Shown: positions 18,400 through 28,850, counted from the stretch's first letter. The stretch is DNA of 53,838 nucleotides from a virus (IMGVR_UViG_3300030012_003138:1-53838); one strand, 5' to 3'. Notes: generated by a model not told the origin, from the sequence alone. Numbers and translations are program-made.

Positions 18400-21300
18400 G
18401 TGACAGGAAAACTTACATCTAATTCGTTAGAATTTAATATATTTGATTCAACTCCTACGGAGACACCTATAAAATTTTCTCAATGGTCAAACGAATTTGG
18501 CACTGGTATAACAGGGGAAGAGGATAAAATAATTGGTTACAGTAATTACTTAAGAGAGTTTGAATTAGATCAAGGAAGTTTAGATAACAAAAAAGAAGCT
18601 TTAATACATAAGGGAGCTTTAAAAGCTATCGCAAAGATAAACCCAGAGTACGAATTAAGATCAGATGTAGGTACTATTGATACGGATGCAGCTCTTTTGT
18701 ATGATGCGTTTGGTCAAGAAGCACGAGATAACTTTTTAGACTCTATAAATAATGGGGCAGATAGAAATGATTTTACGGATGAAGTTAACGATGCTAAACG
18801 TCACTTAGTTGAACACGACATTTTACCTTTAGCTTCTCTTAAAACAACAAACAGTGAAGGGAATTCAACATATGAAGTTATAGGTAGTTCAGGTATATTG
18901 GACTCTAAAAAGGCAATCAATAACGCTATATCAAAAGGAGCGTTGCGTCACAGAGATATGTGGCAAGTAGGGATTGCTATGAAGCCTATACACAAAGGCG
19001 TAAATGGTTTTCAAGCGATACGAGATAATCAAATACGATCTGAGTTAGCGGAACTTTCTGATAGTGAGGAAGATAAAAACCTTTATGATGATATAGTTTC
19101 TGATAGTAAAAAGTATTTTAATAACCCTTCTAAAGATAAAGACTCCTCTGCCCTGATTACTAAAGCTCGGACTTTATTAGCTAGAGGATTTTCTCGTGAC
19201 AAAGACATCAAGGAGGATGTCTCAAGGAACAGGTTTCAGGATGCAGATATTATAAATAGTTTAGAGCAAATAGCTTCTTTTGAATCGTATCAAAGAGGGG
19301 AAATCCCTTTCATTGAAAACAAAGATAAGCTTGCTGATAATATTAAAGTAACTAAAAACGGAGCTGTTATACCTCACATTGGTCTTGTATTAGATAAATC
19401 AAAATTTGATTCTGCTATTGAATTAAAAAAAGATTTGAGTAAAGCCCAAGTCCGTTCATTAAAGAATTACAGGAAAACTTTTTTTACACAACAGTTCCCC
19501 GCATACGATGATTTATTTAAAGACTCTACAGTAGAGAACAAATGGGCGAAAGCTTTGATGGAGGGTAAGCAAAATAATAAATCTAATGGAGAAATATTAG
19601 ATGAGTTTCTACAGAACCCTAAAAACTACAGCAGTTTTAAAAACAAACTAGGTGCTATAAAGGACTCAATAGCTGATTCATTCACAGGGTTAGCTTTAGT
19701 TATACCCGCCCTTTTTGAAAATCAAGGCGCTATTGATTATCTGGTAGCTCAAGAAGAGGATAGGATGAATAGACGGGAAGTTGCAAAAGTATTTGGTAAA
19801 GACTTTGGTTTTGTAATGGATGTATCTACAGCTATCGCTCCTATGGTTACTGATATTTCAGCAACTATTTTATTAAGCTCTGGTACTTTAGGGTTTGGTG
19901 GGGCTGGTTACTTAGCCGTAAAACAAGGTACAAAACTCACTACAAAGGGACTTATTAAAAGCCTTGTAGCGAGTCCTTTACGTAGGAACGCAAGAGAGTC
20001 AACACTAACGCAAGCAGAAAGACTGATCAAGCAAGGTATTATAAAGGGGTCTCCTGATGTAGAAACTGTTACCGAAGCTATCAGCGCATATAATAAATTA
20101 CTTACAAAAGAAGTAACAAAGACCGTAACAAAGAAAGTAACTACTAAAGAAGGAGCTGAAGAGCTTGTTAAAAAAGAAGTTAAAGATGTAACTAGATCTA
20201 ATTTAGTTGCGGGAGTACAGACATCTGCTTTGTTTTTAACGGCTGCAAATAGGTCGGCAGGAGCTACTTATACGACAGTATATTCTAACCTCGAAGGTAC
20301 TCATGCAGAAAAACATGATGCTGCTATGGGAGCTGCTTTAATGGCGGGTATGGCTACAGGTTTGATTACAGCAGGGTTTAGTGCTGTTGGCGCAGGTGGT
20401 TTCGATGATGCTTTCTTGAGGGGTATGACTTTTAGACAGAAGAAAACTATCTTAGAGAATATGCGGAGATCTAAGATAGCGAATGAAAAAACATATGGAG
20501 AACAGTTAAAGAAAATTATATCCCAAAGGATTAAAGAAATCACTCCAAAAACTTTTAGTCAAACATACCAAAGATTTTTAAGAAGTGGAACTGAAGAATT
20601 TTTTGAAGAGGCTGTTGATGATTTTGTAAATGGTTTTATAACTGATGCTGCTTTAGATCAAGATACTCCGATGATTGAAAAGATATCATCTGCTATATAT
20701 TCAGGAGCTATAGGAGGTGTTATAGGTCAAGGTGCTGCGGGAGTTCGTGCGCTTGCCGATAAGAAGAATCTTTTTGCTAGTGGTGGTATTGAAAATTTTC
20801 GTAGAGCAGAAGAAAATGAAATAATTAAAAGGTTAGAAGACACAGGATCTCCTGAAACAGCTAGATTAGTTGCGGATCGTGAGCGGAGAACAGCACTCCG
20901 ATTAGAGTTACGTAAACCAGCGGGTGACACATCAATGGATTTCACTTCTGTGTTTTCTCCTTTAGACCAAGAGGGTGATACAAAAAAGACTCCAGATACT
21001 ACTGAAACTACTGATACCCCCACACAACAGACAGATCCTAGAAACTTCCAAACAGAACAGTCCGAGGGAAGTGTTGCTCCTGAATCACTAGATGTCATTG
21101 ATGATTATTTAGAAAAGAAAATTTCAAGAGAAGATGCCAATAAACAATTTGAAGAAATTAGAAAAAAGAAAGAAGGCACTCCAACAAAGGTTGAAACTAA
21201 AGATGATTCTCTTGATGCTGATGAAACTATATTAGATGAGACTTCTCAATCACAGTTACAAGTACTTAAAAGTATAGAAGATCTAGATTCTTTAACGGAG

Positions 21301-24300
21301 ATAGAAGCTGAACAATTTGATACTTTAAAAGAACAGTTAAAAGATGCTGCAATAGTAGCTCAAACATTTGGAGTTCCTATGCGTATTGTGCCAGAGGAAC
21401 TAGTTAATGAGAACACAAGGGCATTTGAATTTAAGTACTCCAAAGTTGGTAATGATGTAGAGGCAACTATACAAATAGACCCCAAACAACTTTATTCTAT
21501 TGTAAAAGGTTTAAATAAAAATAGTGCGAAAGGACTCATACGTGCTGTAATCTCAGAGGAAATAATACACGCTGCTACCTACGCAGAATTTACACCACAA
21601 GAAATATCAGAGCTGTTTAATGATTTATCTCCAGAAGATGTAGCAAGTATTCAAAGAGATTATTATATAAACGAGGTCGGTGATGTTGAGCAATCTAGTA
21701 TAAGGTTGAATGATCCTGAACAAGCTGAAAGTGAACAACGTGTTATTGTTCGAGAGTTTCTTAGAATGGAAGTTCAAAAAAGTCTTAGGGGGACTACCAC
21801 TGAATCTGAAATAAGATTCTATAAAACTAATCCAAGTTTGTTTGCGAGTTTGTTAAGGTATATGAGAAACTTCATACGCAAGTTAACAAACCTTTTAAAA
21901 AGAGATAAGGATAATGCAAGACTTCATATAGCCACCAACAGGATTGTTAATACTTATAACACCATGAGGTATGGTTATCGTTTATTTGATATACCCGCCT
22001 TTGATCCAGACAATCCATTAGAATCAGTCAATGTATTAAGAGCGCATCTAGAAGCCACTGAAACAGATCAAGAACTACCTCCTGATATGGCTACTTCTGT
22101 GGAAGTGTCACAGTCCCAAGTTTCTGGTGAAGCTGAAACAGATACCCTTTTACTAAAGCATGGTAATCTGGCAGGTATGTTAACACTTCCTCTTATGACT
22201 ACGGGAGAGTACAGGGGGAAATACCGAAAACTAAAAAAGTGGTTGAATGGTTTAAAAGGCTCACAAGATCCACGGCTACAAAGACTACATCAGCAATCAA
22301 TAGCAATTAGAAACGCTGCATTTAAAGAAATGCAACGCTATAAAAAACTATTAGACTATTATGTAGCAAAAGAATACCCAGATGGAGAAGTTCCAGTTCA
22401 TTTGTTTAGGGCTATTACTGGAGATGGTACAGGTTTACAACTGCCTACCAGCGTTAAAAAGAAAATCAAAAGAGAGCTAGGTAAAAAAGAAAAACAGATA
22501 TATGCAGAATTAAATGAACTAAAGGTAGGCACACAAGAACACGCAGATAAAAGAAAAGAACTAGACGAATTAGATAATCTACGAGATCAGGCATATGAAT
22601 TAGCTTTCCAAGCCCAGAAAATGGAGCTTGGTAGGTTACGTAATGAAGCTATAGAACAGCTTGGTGGGTTTGAAGCTGACGGAGTAACCCCTAAAAAGGA
22701 GATAGCAAAACACTTATTAGCTCTACGTAAAAAGACAGATGAGTTTTCAAAAGCAATAAGAGACTCTTACCCAAATAGTGAAGGTGTTGCCGATTCTTTA
22801 GCAGCTACTATTGACGCTAACTTAGAAGTTTATATTACAAGATCATATAAACTTTTTTCAGAAGCGGGATTTGCTGAACGTATGATGGAATCAGATGCCG
22901 ATTATTATGTAGAAAGGCGTAGCGCAGCAGCAGAATATTTTGAAAAACAGTATGTAAATGAAAGAGCTAGACAGATTTACTTACAGAGGAGATATAAGTT
23001 TTTAAGGACAGATGAATCAGAAAACCTATCTGAAGGAATCATAGCCAAGGAAGCAGGGATCAAAGGAGATACGATAAATGGTGAGACAGTTTATGAAGTA
23101 TTCTCTATGGAGGATGCTAGAAAGTTAGCAAAAGCTGAACTTAATCTAGATAAAGAAAAAGGAGCTGACTTATCTAATCCAATCGAAGCTGAGATGAAAG
23201 CATTCTTGGAACAATATGTACCCAAAGATGTTGACGCTTCCTTACTGGTAAAGGACAAAGAGAATGCTAAACCAATTAAAACAGTTCTAACAAATAATTT
23301 AAAGAAACGTAGAAAGATACCTTTAGTCCTACGTAACTTCATGGGAGAAGAACAAGATGCTACAGGGTATGATGCTATAATGAAAACTTATATGCACGTA
23401 GCTATCATGGCATCAAAACAATCTTTCCTACGGAACTTGGTTGAGTTTGGTTCTAAGCAAGAAAATAAATGGTTCGTAACTGCCGACGAAGCAAAGACTT
23501 TAAATGACAAATTAAAAGATCAAAAAGACTCAGAGGGTAAAAGGTACACTAAAATAACAAACAACGCTGATCCAAGATTTGATCCGTTTGTTATAAGTGG
23601 TACAAGAAACAGCAGATACTACGTCCCAGAAGATTTAAAAACAGCACTACAGTCTATATTAAAAGGGTTGAGTTTAGATAAAGCAACTGATGACGCTACA
23701 ATAATAGCAGAGAACATAGCTAAAACAGCAGGTTGGCTTACAGGTTTATCGATGGGAGCTAAAACATTAGGTTCTGTAGGTTTCTACATAAGAAACGCCC
23801 TCAGTAATATGTTATACTTTGCCCCCTCCCAAGGGATAATAGCTCCTGTTGGGTTAACGAGTGGGTTAATAAAAGAAGTATGGCGTAAAAGAGGTATATA
23901 TCTTGATGGCGTATTTCAACCAGAAGCTATAAACGCATACTATTTGAAACTAGATGTTTTAAATATAATTGAAGACGAGATAAGACCAAAACTTTTAGAG
24001 GAGCTTTTCAGAGGTGAGATAACTCCAAACAAAATGATGGATGATATGCGTAAAACTGTTGACGATATCGTAGCACATCCAGAAGGAGGAGCAGACTTTT
24101 TAGATAAAGTAAATGGAAAAGTAAGTGAGTTACCTAAACCCATAAAGAAGTTGTATGATAAGTTACGTACACTATCAGCAGCAATGGATAGTTTTTATAA
24201 GATATACTATTTTGAATATGAACTTAAATCACTTAAAAAAGCTAAAGAAGATTCAATAAAAGCAGGTCGAAATGATAAATATGCTCAAATGGACGAAATG

Positions 24301-25533
24301 CAACTTGAGCAGGAAGCAGCAGATAAAGTTCTGAGGACTTCACAATCTTATAGTAGATCAGCTCCTTTGATTGGGGGATTGTCTAAACCCCCTTATGGAA
24401 CCATGTTCGCACCATTCGTTCGATTCAAAGGCGAGTTAGTACGTATATTTGTTAACACTCCATTGCTTGCGATTGAAGAAATGAGTGATAGTAATCCTGT
24501 AATCAAAAGAAGAGGCATGGCTAGAATGGGCGGTCTTACCTTTACCACAGTAGGGTTATCTGCGTTACTCCCAATTATGCTCAGACAAGTGCTTGATGTG
24601 GAAGATGACGAGGATCAAGCTTTGAGAAGAACGCTCCCATCTTACCTCAAAAACCATACTTTCTTTTATTTCAAAGGGAAGGATGGGGACTTGTATTCAG
24701 TTGATATGACATATATCAACCCTTACTCATTGCTGGTAGATCCCTTTTTACGTACCATTGAACAAGGTTTATCAGGAGAAAGTCCAGCTAAGATGGGCGC
24801 TACTCTTGTAAAGAGTATGATATTTGATGAGTATTTAGATGAACAGATATTCGCAGGTGCTTTGAGTAGCTTCTTAAAAAACAGGAACCCACAGAATAAT
24901 AAAAAGATATGGGAAGAAAGAGACTCAACGGAACTCGCTTTTATGAAGGGAGCTATGTTCTTATTTGATGAAGCTGTTAACCCACCTATGCTGAAAGCAG
25001 CTATTGAGGCAGCCAAGATAAGTAAAGTTAACTCCATTGAAGAGGCTTTAAAACGGATAGGTAGAGAATTCTTACCCGCAAAACCACACAAGATTGATTT
25101 GTTTAGGAGTATGCGGAGATATTTATTCGATGCACGTAGGGAATCACAAAACATATCTCTTAGAAAGAATGAAGTGTTAAAAGATAGTCCTATGACTGAT
25201 CTTGAGATCAAAAAACTTATATTAAATGAAGTGGATCACAGAGTTCGTATAGATAAAGAAGTAGCGCACACACTTAAAAACATACAATCTCTTGGCGGTA
25301 TGACAGATAAAGAAGTGCGAGATATTGTTTTTGGAGCGCAGTTTGGTAAGCGGAGATATAAGTATCTAATGCAGGGACTTACAGAAACCCCAAAAGAAAC
25401 TCACGTAGCCTTACGGAAAAAGATAAAGGATAAATATAATTCTACGCAAGACCAAGAGTTTTTACGTAGATTAAATATAATAGACCAAGTTTATAAAAGC
25501 GTCCCAAGATTCTATAGTCACGAAGATATTTAA
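18400..25533 (+). CDS. Giant internal virion / DNA-ejection protein (2377 aa)
   Basis: Helical, with G/A-rich hydrophobic membrane-type segments (AAMGAALMAGMATGLITAGFSAVGAGG) and a zincin-like EEIIHA motif. Confidence 0.7.
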   Translation: MTGKLTSNSLEFNIFDSTPTETPIKFSQWSNEFGTGITGEEDKIIGYSNYLREFELDQGSLDNKKEALIHKGALKAIAKINPEYELRSDVGTIDTDAALLYDAFGQEARDNFLDSINNGADRNDFTDEVNDAKRHLVEHDILPLASLKTTNSEGNSTYEVIGSSGILDSKKAINNAISKGALRHRDMWQVGIAMKPIHKGVNGFQAIRDNQIRSELAELSDSEEDKNLYDDIVSDSKKYFNNPSKDKDSSALITKARTLLARGFSRDKDIKEDVSRNRFQDADIINSLEQIASFESYQRGEIPFIENKDKLADNIKVTKNGAVIPHIGLVLDKSKFDSAIELKKDLSKAQVRSLKNYRKTFFTQQFPAYDDLFKDSTVENKWAKALMEGKQNNKSNGEILDEFLQNPKNYSSFKNKLGAIKDSIADSFTGLALVIPALFENQGAIDYLVAQEEDRMNRREVAKVFGKDFGFVMDVSTAIAPMVTDISATILLSSGTLGFGGAGYLAVKQGTKLTTKGLIKSLVASPLRRNARESTLTQAERLIKQGIIKGSPDVETVTEAISAYNKLLTKEVTKTVTKKVTTKEGAEELVKKEVKDVTRSNLVAGVQTSALFLTAANRSAGATYTTVYSNLEGTHAEKHDAAMGAALMAGMATGLITAGFSAVGAGGFDDAFLRGMTFRQKKTILENMRRSKIANEKTYGEQLKKIISQRIKEITPKTFSQTYQRFLRSGTEEFFEEAVDDFVNGFITDAALDQDTPMIEKISSAIYSGAIGGVIGQGAAGVRALADKKNLFASGGIENFRRAEENEIIKRLEDTGSPETARLVADRERRTALRLELRKPAGDTSMDFTSVFSPLDQEGDTKKTPDTTETTDTPTQQTDPRNFQTEQSEGSVAPESLDVIDDYLEKKISREDANKQFEEIRKKKEGTPTKVETKDDSLDADETILDETSQSQLQVLKSIEDLDSLTEIEAEQFDTLKEQLKDAAIVAQTFGVPMRIVPEELVNENTRAFEFKYSKVGNDVEATIQIDPKQLYSIVKGLNKNSAKGLIRAVISEEIIHAATYAEFTPQEISELFNDLSPEDVASIQRDYYINEVGDVEQSSIRLNDPEQAESEQRVIVREFLRMEVQKSLRGTTTESEIRFYKTNPSLFASLLRYMRNFIRKLTNLLKRDKDNARLHIATNRIVNTYNTMRYGYRLFDIPAFDPDNPLESVNVLRAHLEATETDQELPPDMATSVEVSQSQVSGEAETDTLLLKHGNLAGMLTLPLMTTGEYRGKYRKLKKWLNGLKGSQDPRLQRLHQQSIAIRNAAFKEMQRYKKLLDYYVAKEYPDGEVPVHLFRAITGDGTGLQLPTSVKKKIKRELGKKEKQIYAELNELKVGTQEHADKRKELDELDNLRDQAYELAFQAQKMELGRLRNEAIEQLGGFEADGVTPKKEIAKHLLALRKKTDEFSKAIRDSYPNSEGVADSLAATIDANLEVYITRSYKLFSEAGFAERMMESDADYYVERRSAAAEYFEKQYVNERARQIYLQRRYKFLRTDESENLSEGIIAKEAGIKGDTINGETVYEVFSMEDARKLAKAELNLDKEKGADLSNPIEAEMKAFLEQYVPKDVDASLLVKDKENAKPIKTVLTNNLKKRRKIPLVLRNFMGEEQDATGYDAIMKTYMHVAIMASKQSFLRNLVEFGSKQENKWFVTADEAKTLNDKLKDQKDSEGKRYTKITNNADPRFDPFVISGTRNSRYYVPEDLKTALQSILKGLSLDKATDDATIIAENIAKTAGWLTGLSMGAKTLGSVGFYIRNALSNMLYFAPSQGIIAPVGLTSGLIKEVWRKRGIYLDGVFQPEAINAYYLKLDVLNIIEDEIRPKLLEELFRGEITPNKMMDDMRKTVDDIVAHPEGGADFLDKVNGKVSELPKPIKKLYDKLRTLSAAMDSFYKIYYFEYELKSLKKAKEDSIKAGRNDKYAQMDEMQLEQEAADKVLRTSQSYSRSAPLIGGLSKPPYGTMFAPFVRFKGELVRIFVNTPLLAIEEMSDSNPVIKRRGMARMGGLTFTTVGLSALLPIMLRQVLDVEDDEDQALRRTLPSYLKNHTFFYFKGKDGDLYSVDMTYINPYSLLVDPFLRTIEQGLSGESPAKMGATLVKSMIFDEYLDEQIFAGALSSFLKNRNPQNNKKIWEERDSTELAFMKGAMFLFDEAVNPPMLKAAIEAAKISKVNSIEEALKRIGREFLPAKPHKIDLFRSMRRYLFDARRESQNISLRKNEVLKDSPMTDLEIKKLILNEVDHRVRIDKEVAHTLKNIQSLGGMTDKEVRDIVFGAQFGKRRYKYLMQGLTETPKETHVALRKKIKDKYNSTQDQEFLRRLNIIDQVYKSVPRFYSHEDI

Positions 25534-25757
25534 ACCATCACAAAACTACTGAAGGGTATCGTCGCTGATCTAGATCCGTGTTTTTGTGCAAGATATTTAA
25601 AAGTATCTACGCTTTTTTGTTTTTCTTTATTCCTATACAGGAGTACTCTTGAATTTTTAACACCCCCAAGAATCTCATAGAAACCTTGTTGGTTTAGCAT
25701 GGCAATCCAATCATATTCACTATCGGAATCTGTTTTTATATAGCTTTTAACACTCAT
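25530..25757 (-). CDS. Hypothetical protein
   Basis: 75-aa ORF converging on the giant gene. Confidence 0.45.
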   Translation of the reverse strand: MSVKSYIKTDSDSEYDWIAMLNQQGFYEILGGVKNSRVLLYRNKEKQKSVDTFKYLAQKHGSRSATIPFSSFVMV

Positions 25758-25953
25758 GGAAATATTGGCTAGGTAAAATTAACTTGGCTTCTGCTAGAGA
25801 CATTTCTATTTCAGCCCCTACTCTGGGGTTCTTACCATGCTCATTCCTAAAGATAGGATAAACTTTAAATGTCTCTGGCATTACTCGTCTGTTTTTAGTT
25901 TGCATGGTCATTAAGAGTTGATACTCCTCAAAGTATATTCTCAAAATATTCAT
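25747..25953 (-). CDS. Hypothetical protein
   Basis: ATG at 25953 lies 8 nt after a TTGCTT-17-TATTGT promoter (25962-25990). Confidence 0.5.
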   Translation of the reverse strand: MNILRIYFEEYQLLMTMQTKNRRVMPETFKVYPIFRNEHGKNPRVGAEIEMSLAEAKLILPSQYFHEC

Positions 25954-26002
25954 GTTATTTAACAATATTTCTAAAATGCTTTAAAAGCAAGCATGAAAAT
26001 AT

Positions 26003-26212
26003 CCTGACTCATGTAGTCTGAACTAGGTGTTCATCAAAGATGCCATGAACAACTATGCAAAAAAGGCACCTCATCTAGAGTTCTCCTCTAGCTTTATTCC
26101 TAGTCCAGAATACAGGAGTCAGGGTTCATATGGTTAAAATTAGTGTCAGGTTTTATGCGCTTACCTGACGGGTCTATGAAACTAACCAGAGTATTGATCT
26201 CCGACGCAATAC
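26003..26212 (-). ncRNA. Candidate structured non-coding element
   Basis: 25-bp stem with 3 mismatches (26003-26027/26099-26123) enclosing two hairpins and a possible pseudoknot, followed by two further hairpins. Confidence 0.4.
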
Positions 26213-26221
26213 CCAATTCTA

Positions 26222-26314
26222 TTAATCTTTATTTATCTCAGAGGAGACAGCGAAGAACTTTAGTACAAGATAGATCAACGCAAACCAGATAACTATTCCT
26301 GCTAGTATTGTCAT
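26222..26314 (-). CDS. 30-aa single-TM micropeptide (not in ORF track)
   Basis: MTILAGIVIWFALIYLVLKFFAVSSEINKD. ATGA overlap with the upstream gene stop. Confidence 0.6.
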   Translation of the reverse strand: MTILAGIVIWFALIYLVLKFFAVSSEINKD

Positions 26315-26646
26315 GATGTGAATTTATTTAAAAGGTTTACTACAGATTCTTGTGTACTTAAATAGTGATGGGCTTCAAACGTAGCTTCACTTTCAGGCAC
26401 ACACCCATATTCCTCAAGGAACTTTTGGCGTAAAGCTTTAAGAAGTTCTGGAGCCTCTACCCCAAAACTTTCTGCGGTGGAATGAAACTTACGCTCTCGT
26501 TTCTTTAGTTTATTATAATTCATATTAAACTTTTTTGCGTGACGAGTTGCGTCTGCTTTGTTTTTAAACCATTTGGTTTGTGTACCTGCTGTTGGGTAGT
26601 CGCACCCATCCATTTCGTTAGTTGTTACTTTATATATTGTGTTCAT
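26311..26646 (-). CDS. Hypothetical early protein
   Basis: ORF in the leftward small-gene cluster. Confidence 0.6.
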   Translation of the reverse strand: MNTIYKVTTNEMDGCDYPTAGTQTKWFKNKADATRHAKKFNMNYNKLKKRERKFHSTAESFGVEAPELLKALRQKFLEEYGCVPESEATFEAHHYLSTQESVVNLLNKFTS

Positions 26647-26682
26647 AAACTTATATCTACTTCGGGTTCTATTAGGTTCACT

Positions 26683-27222
26683 TTATAAAGAATAGTTAAG
26701 TTGCATTGGATTGTTTGAAGGCATCTTCTCGCAAGCAGCTCCAAATTGAGTTAAGTGGTTTTCGTAAACTTCTTCATCATCAGGTCTTACAGTTGGGAAA
26801 CTTTTAAAGTCAGGTTGCCTTAACGCAAACCGACGCATCAATTTCTTTTTACGCTCAGGAGACATCAGTACTTTTAATCTCTCAGTTCTTTCTGCCTCTG
26901 CTTCTGCTTCCCTCTCTTTTTCTTTTTCTAAAGCATCCCAATATTCTTGCCTCTCCTCTAACCATTTCTTTTTAAGTTTTATTCGGTCTTGCTCGGCTTC
27001 TTTTTCTTCCCTCTCTAGTTGTGCCTCCATATCCTCCCTGTCCTTTTCTAGTTTTATCTTGTACCATTTTAATTTTAGTTCTTTACGTAAAGCTCTTATG
27101 TATTGAGAATCAGATCCGTTCCCAATGGCTAGAGCCGTATAGTAATTAACATCTTTTATGTAGTCTCCGTAGAACCCTGATAAAAGTTTAGCCTCCTCTG
27201 TAATATAATTTGAATCTAACAT
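26683..27222 (-). CDS. Hypothetical charged coiled-coil protein
   Basis: E/K/R-rich central helix. Confidence 0.6.
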   Translation of the reverse strand: MLDSNYITEEAKLLSGFYGDYIKDVNYYTALAIGNGSDSQYIRALRKELKLKWYKIKLEKDREDMEAQLEREEKEAEQDRIKLKKKWLEERQEYWDALEKEKEREAEAEAERTERLKVLMSPERKKKLMRRFALRQPDFKSFPTVRPDDEEVYENHLTQFGAACEKMPSNNPMQLNYSL

Positions 27223-27247
27223 TTCACTCTAATTCCTACTAGTATTA

Positions 27248-27508
27248 TCATAAGTCTAAATCTGTCTCAGGTTCCATTGTCTCTGTGTGTTTCAATGCTT
27301 CTTTAAAACACCCTGACTCTCTAGCTTCTTTGATCCTCTTGAATAGGTAAGCTACTAATACTTCATCGCTAATCATCCAAGGATCAAGGTGAAGGGAATC
27401 AACGGAGAATGAGATGTTGAAGTCATGCGTAAACAGTTTTGGTTTGCTACTAATAACATCCCTCAACCATTCATGGTAGGGTTCATTTGATATGTGATTG
27501 CTCGGCAT
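27248..27508 (-). CDS. Hypothetical early protein
   Basis: ORF in the cluster. Confidence 0.55.
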   Translation of the reverse strand: MPSNHISNEPYHEWLRDVISSKPKLFTHDFNISFSVDSLHLDPWMISDEVLVAYLFKRIKEARESGCFKEALKHTETMEPETDLDL

Positions 27509-27680
27509 CGTTTAGTTCCTCCATTCTTTCTGATAGTGAATTGATTCTTTTTTTGTATTCTAAGATACGCTCGTTGTGTATACGTATCTCATCTGCCTGT
27601 TCGTGCAACTTTTTTAGCAGTCGCAGACAGATGAGAACGATACCAACATACACTCCTATGATTAAAATTGCGTATATCAT
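27483..27680 (-). CDS. Single-TM protein with coiled coil
   Basis: N-terminal hydrophobic helix MIYAILIIGVYVGIVLICL. Confidence 0.6.
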   Translation of the reverse strand: MIYAILIIGVYVGIVLICLRLLKKLHEQADEIRIHNERILEYKKRINSLSERMEELNDAEQSHIK

Positions 27681-28066
27681 TCTGGTCTAATTGCTATTTC
27701 TATCGAGCCGTCTGTATGCCACAGGATATCGGCTAGTTGTTTCTTTCTCACAACGGACTGGTACTCATTCCATGCGTCGTTAAACTTTGAATAGCTGTAC
27801 TTCGCCCACATCTTTAAATCACTCGGATGAATGTAATCTATATCAGATGGTTTATAATTGCCGATTGAATCCCAATCTCTTTGAGTCATCTGAGTTTCTC
27901 TTTCATCTGCCTCCAGTAAATCTGCAAGGGCGGTTTCACTGGTTAAGTTCTTATGGCGTTTCTTTCGGAGCGTCACCCTTGGTGGGTTCGGCTCCAATGA
28001 AACAATATAAGATTCACCATTTAATTCTACAGCTCTGTGTATTGCTTTGTTTAATTCTGTAGCCAT
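27677..28066 (-). CDS. Hypothetical early protein
   Basis: Start MATELNK is coupled by TAATG to the upstream 52-aa ORF. Confidence 0.6.
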   Translation of the reverse strand: MATELNKAIHRAVELNGESYIVSLEPNPPRVTLRKKRHKNLTSETALADLLEADERETQMTQRDWDSIGNYKPSDIDYIHPSDLKMWAKYSYSKFNDAWNEYQSVVRKKQLADILWHTDGSIEIAIRPE

Positions 28067-28224
28067 TATTCTTCGTTTATAAACCAAGATGTAAAATCTT
28101 TATTGTTAACTGAATCTTTTAAACATTCTAGTAGTTGCTCACAAGCTTCCCCGTAACTACTCGCTGTAAAACTTAAATTACAAGAGGCACTAAAATACTT
28201 TGTTTCTTTATTTTCTTCATTCAT
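28066..28224 (-). CDS. 52-aa hypothetical protein (not in ORF track)
   Basis: MNEENKETKYFSASCNLSFTASSYGEACEQLLECLKDSVNNKDFTSWFINEE. Overlapping stop/start at both ends. Confidence 0.6.
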   Translation of the reverse strand: MNEENKETKYFSASCNLSFTASSYGEACEQLLECLKDSVNNKDFTSWFINEE

Positions 28225-28616
28225 TCTGATACCTCCATTTCATTTACGATTACTTCACAGGCATCTTGTATTTCTTCCACAATAGATCCTATATCAACTT
28301 TACCTCTGTTGAATCGACCGACACACTCTAGCCATTGGGCATCTGTTAATTCATTGTCAGGATCTATATCTTCTTTACGTAAGACAATGCCTATCTCGTT
28401 CTTAGGTTCGTAGGTGTAATCATAATGATCATCCCTCCATTCTAACTTGTCTGGTTCGGGGAGATCAATGATAGATGAATCATCATGCGGATGATCATAT
28501 ATCATAATTCTGCCGTAGGCATCTTTCTTATATTCCCCATATGGGTTTTTTAAAGCATAGGATAAATCCCATATATGAGAATAACAAAAGTTCTCTCTGC
28601 TCATGTGTTTTTTCAT
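28221..28616 (-). CDS. Hypothetical early protein
   Basis: ORF coupled to both neighbours. Confidence 0.6.
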   Translation of the reverse strand: MKKHMSRENFCYSHIWDLSYALKNPYGEYKKDAYGRIMIYDHPHDDSSIIDLPEPDKLEWRDDHYDYTYEPKNEIGIVLRKEDIDPDNELTDAQWLECVGRFNRGKVDIGSIVEEIQDACEVIVNEMEVSE

Positions 28617-28822
28617 GCTGATACCTCCTTATCTGCTTTAGTTCTGAACCACCAGTTGTCTATACTGAAGTCATCATCAGAACTCCTATCATTTAGAAAA
28701 TCAAGGAACTGTTCAATAGCCTCTGACTTATTTCCACTAGCAATGGTTTCCCATTTATGATCCTGACTAGGACTGCTACAATATCTATCTGTTTGGGATA
28801 CTCTCCCCATTTGAATTTGCAT
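28613..28822 (-). CDS. Hypothetical early protein
   Basis: First gene after the leftward promoter, with an A-rich leader. Confidence 0.6.
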   Translation of the reverse strand: MQIQMGRVSQTDRYCSSPSQDHKWETIASGNKSEAIEQFLDFLNDRSSDDDFSIDNWWFRTKADKEVSA

Positions 28823-28850
28823 ATAGTTTATTTTATTTAGAGTTAATGCC

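Noticed and set aside
26028-26095. Hammerhead or other known self-cleaving ribozyme
   Set aside because: UUGAUGA occurs on the minus strand, but there is no correctly placed GAAA or stem arrangement.
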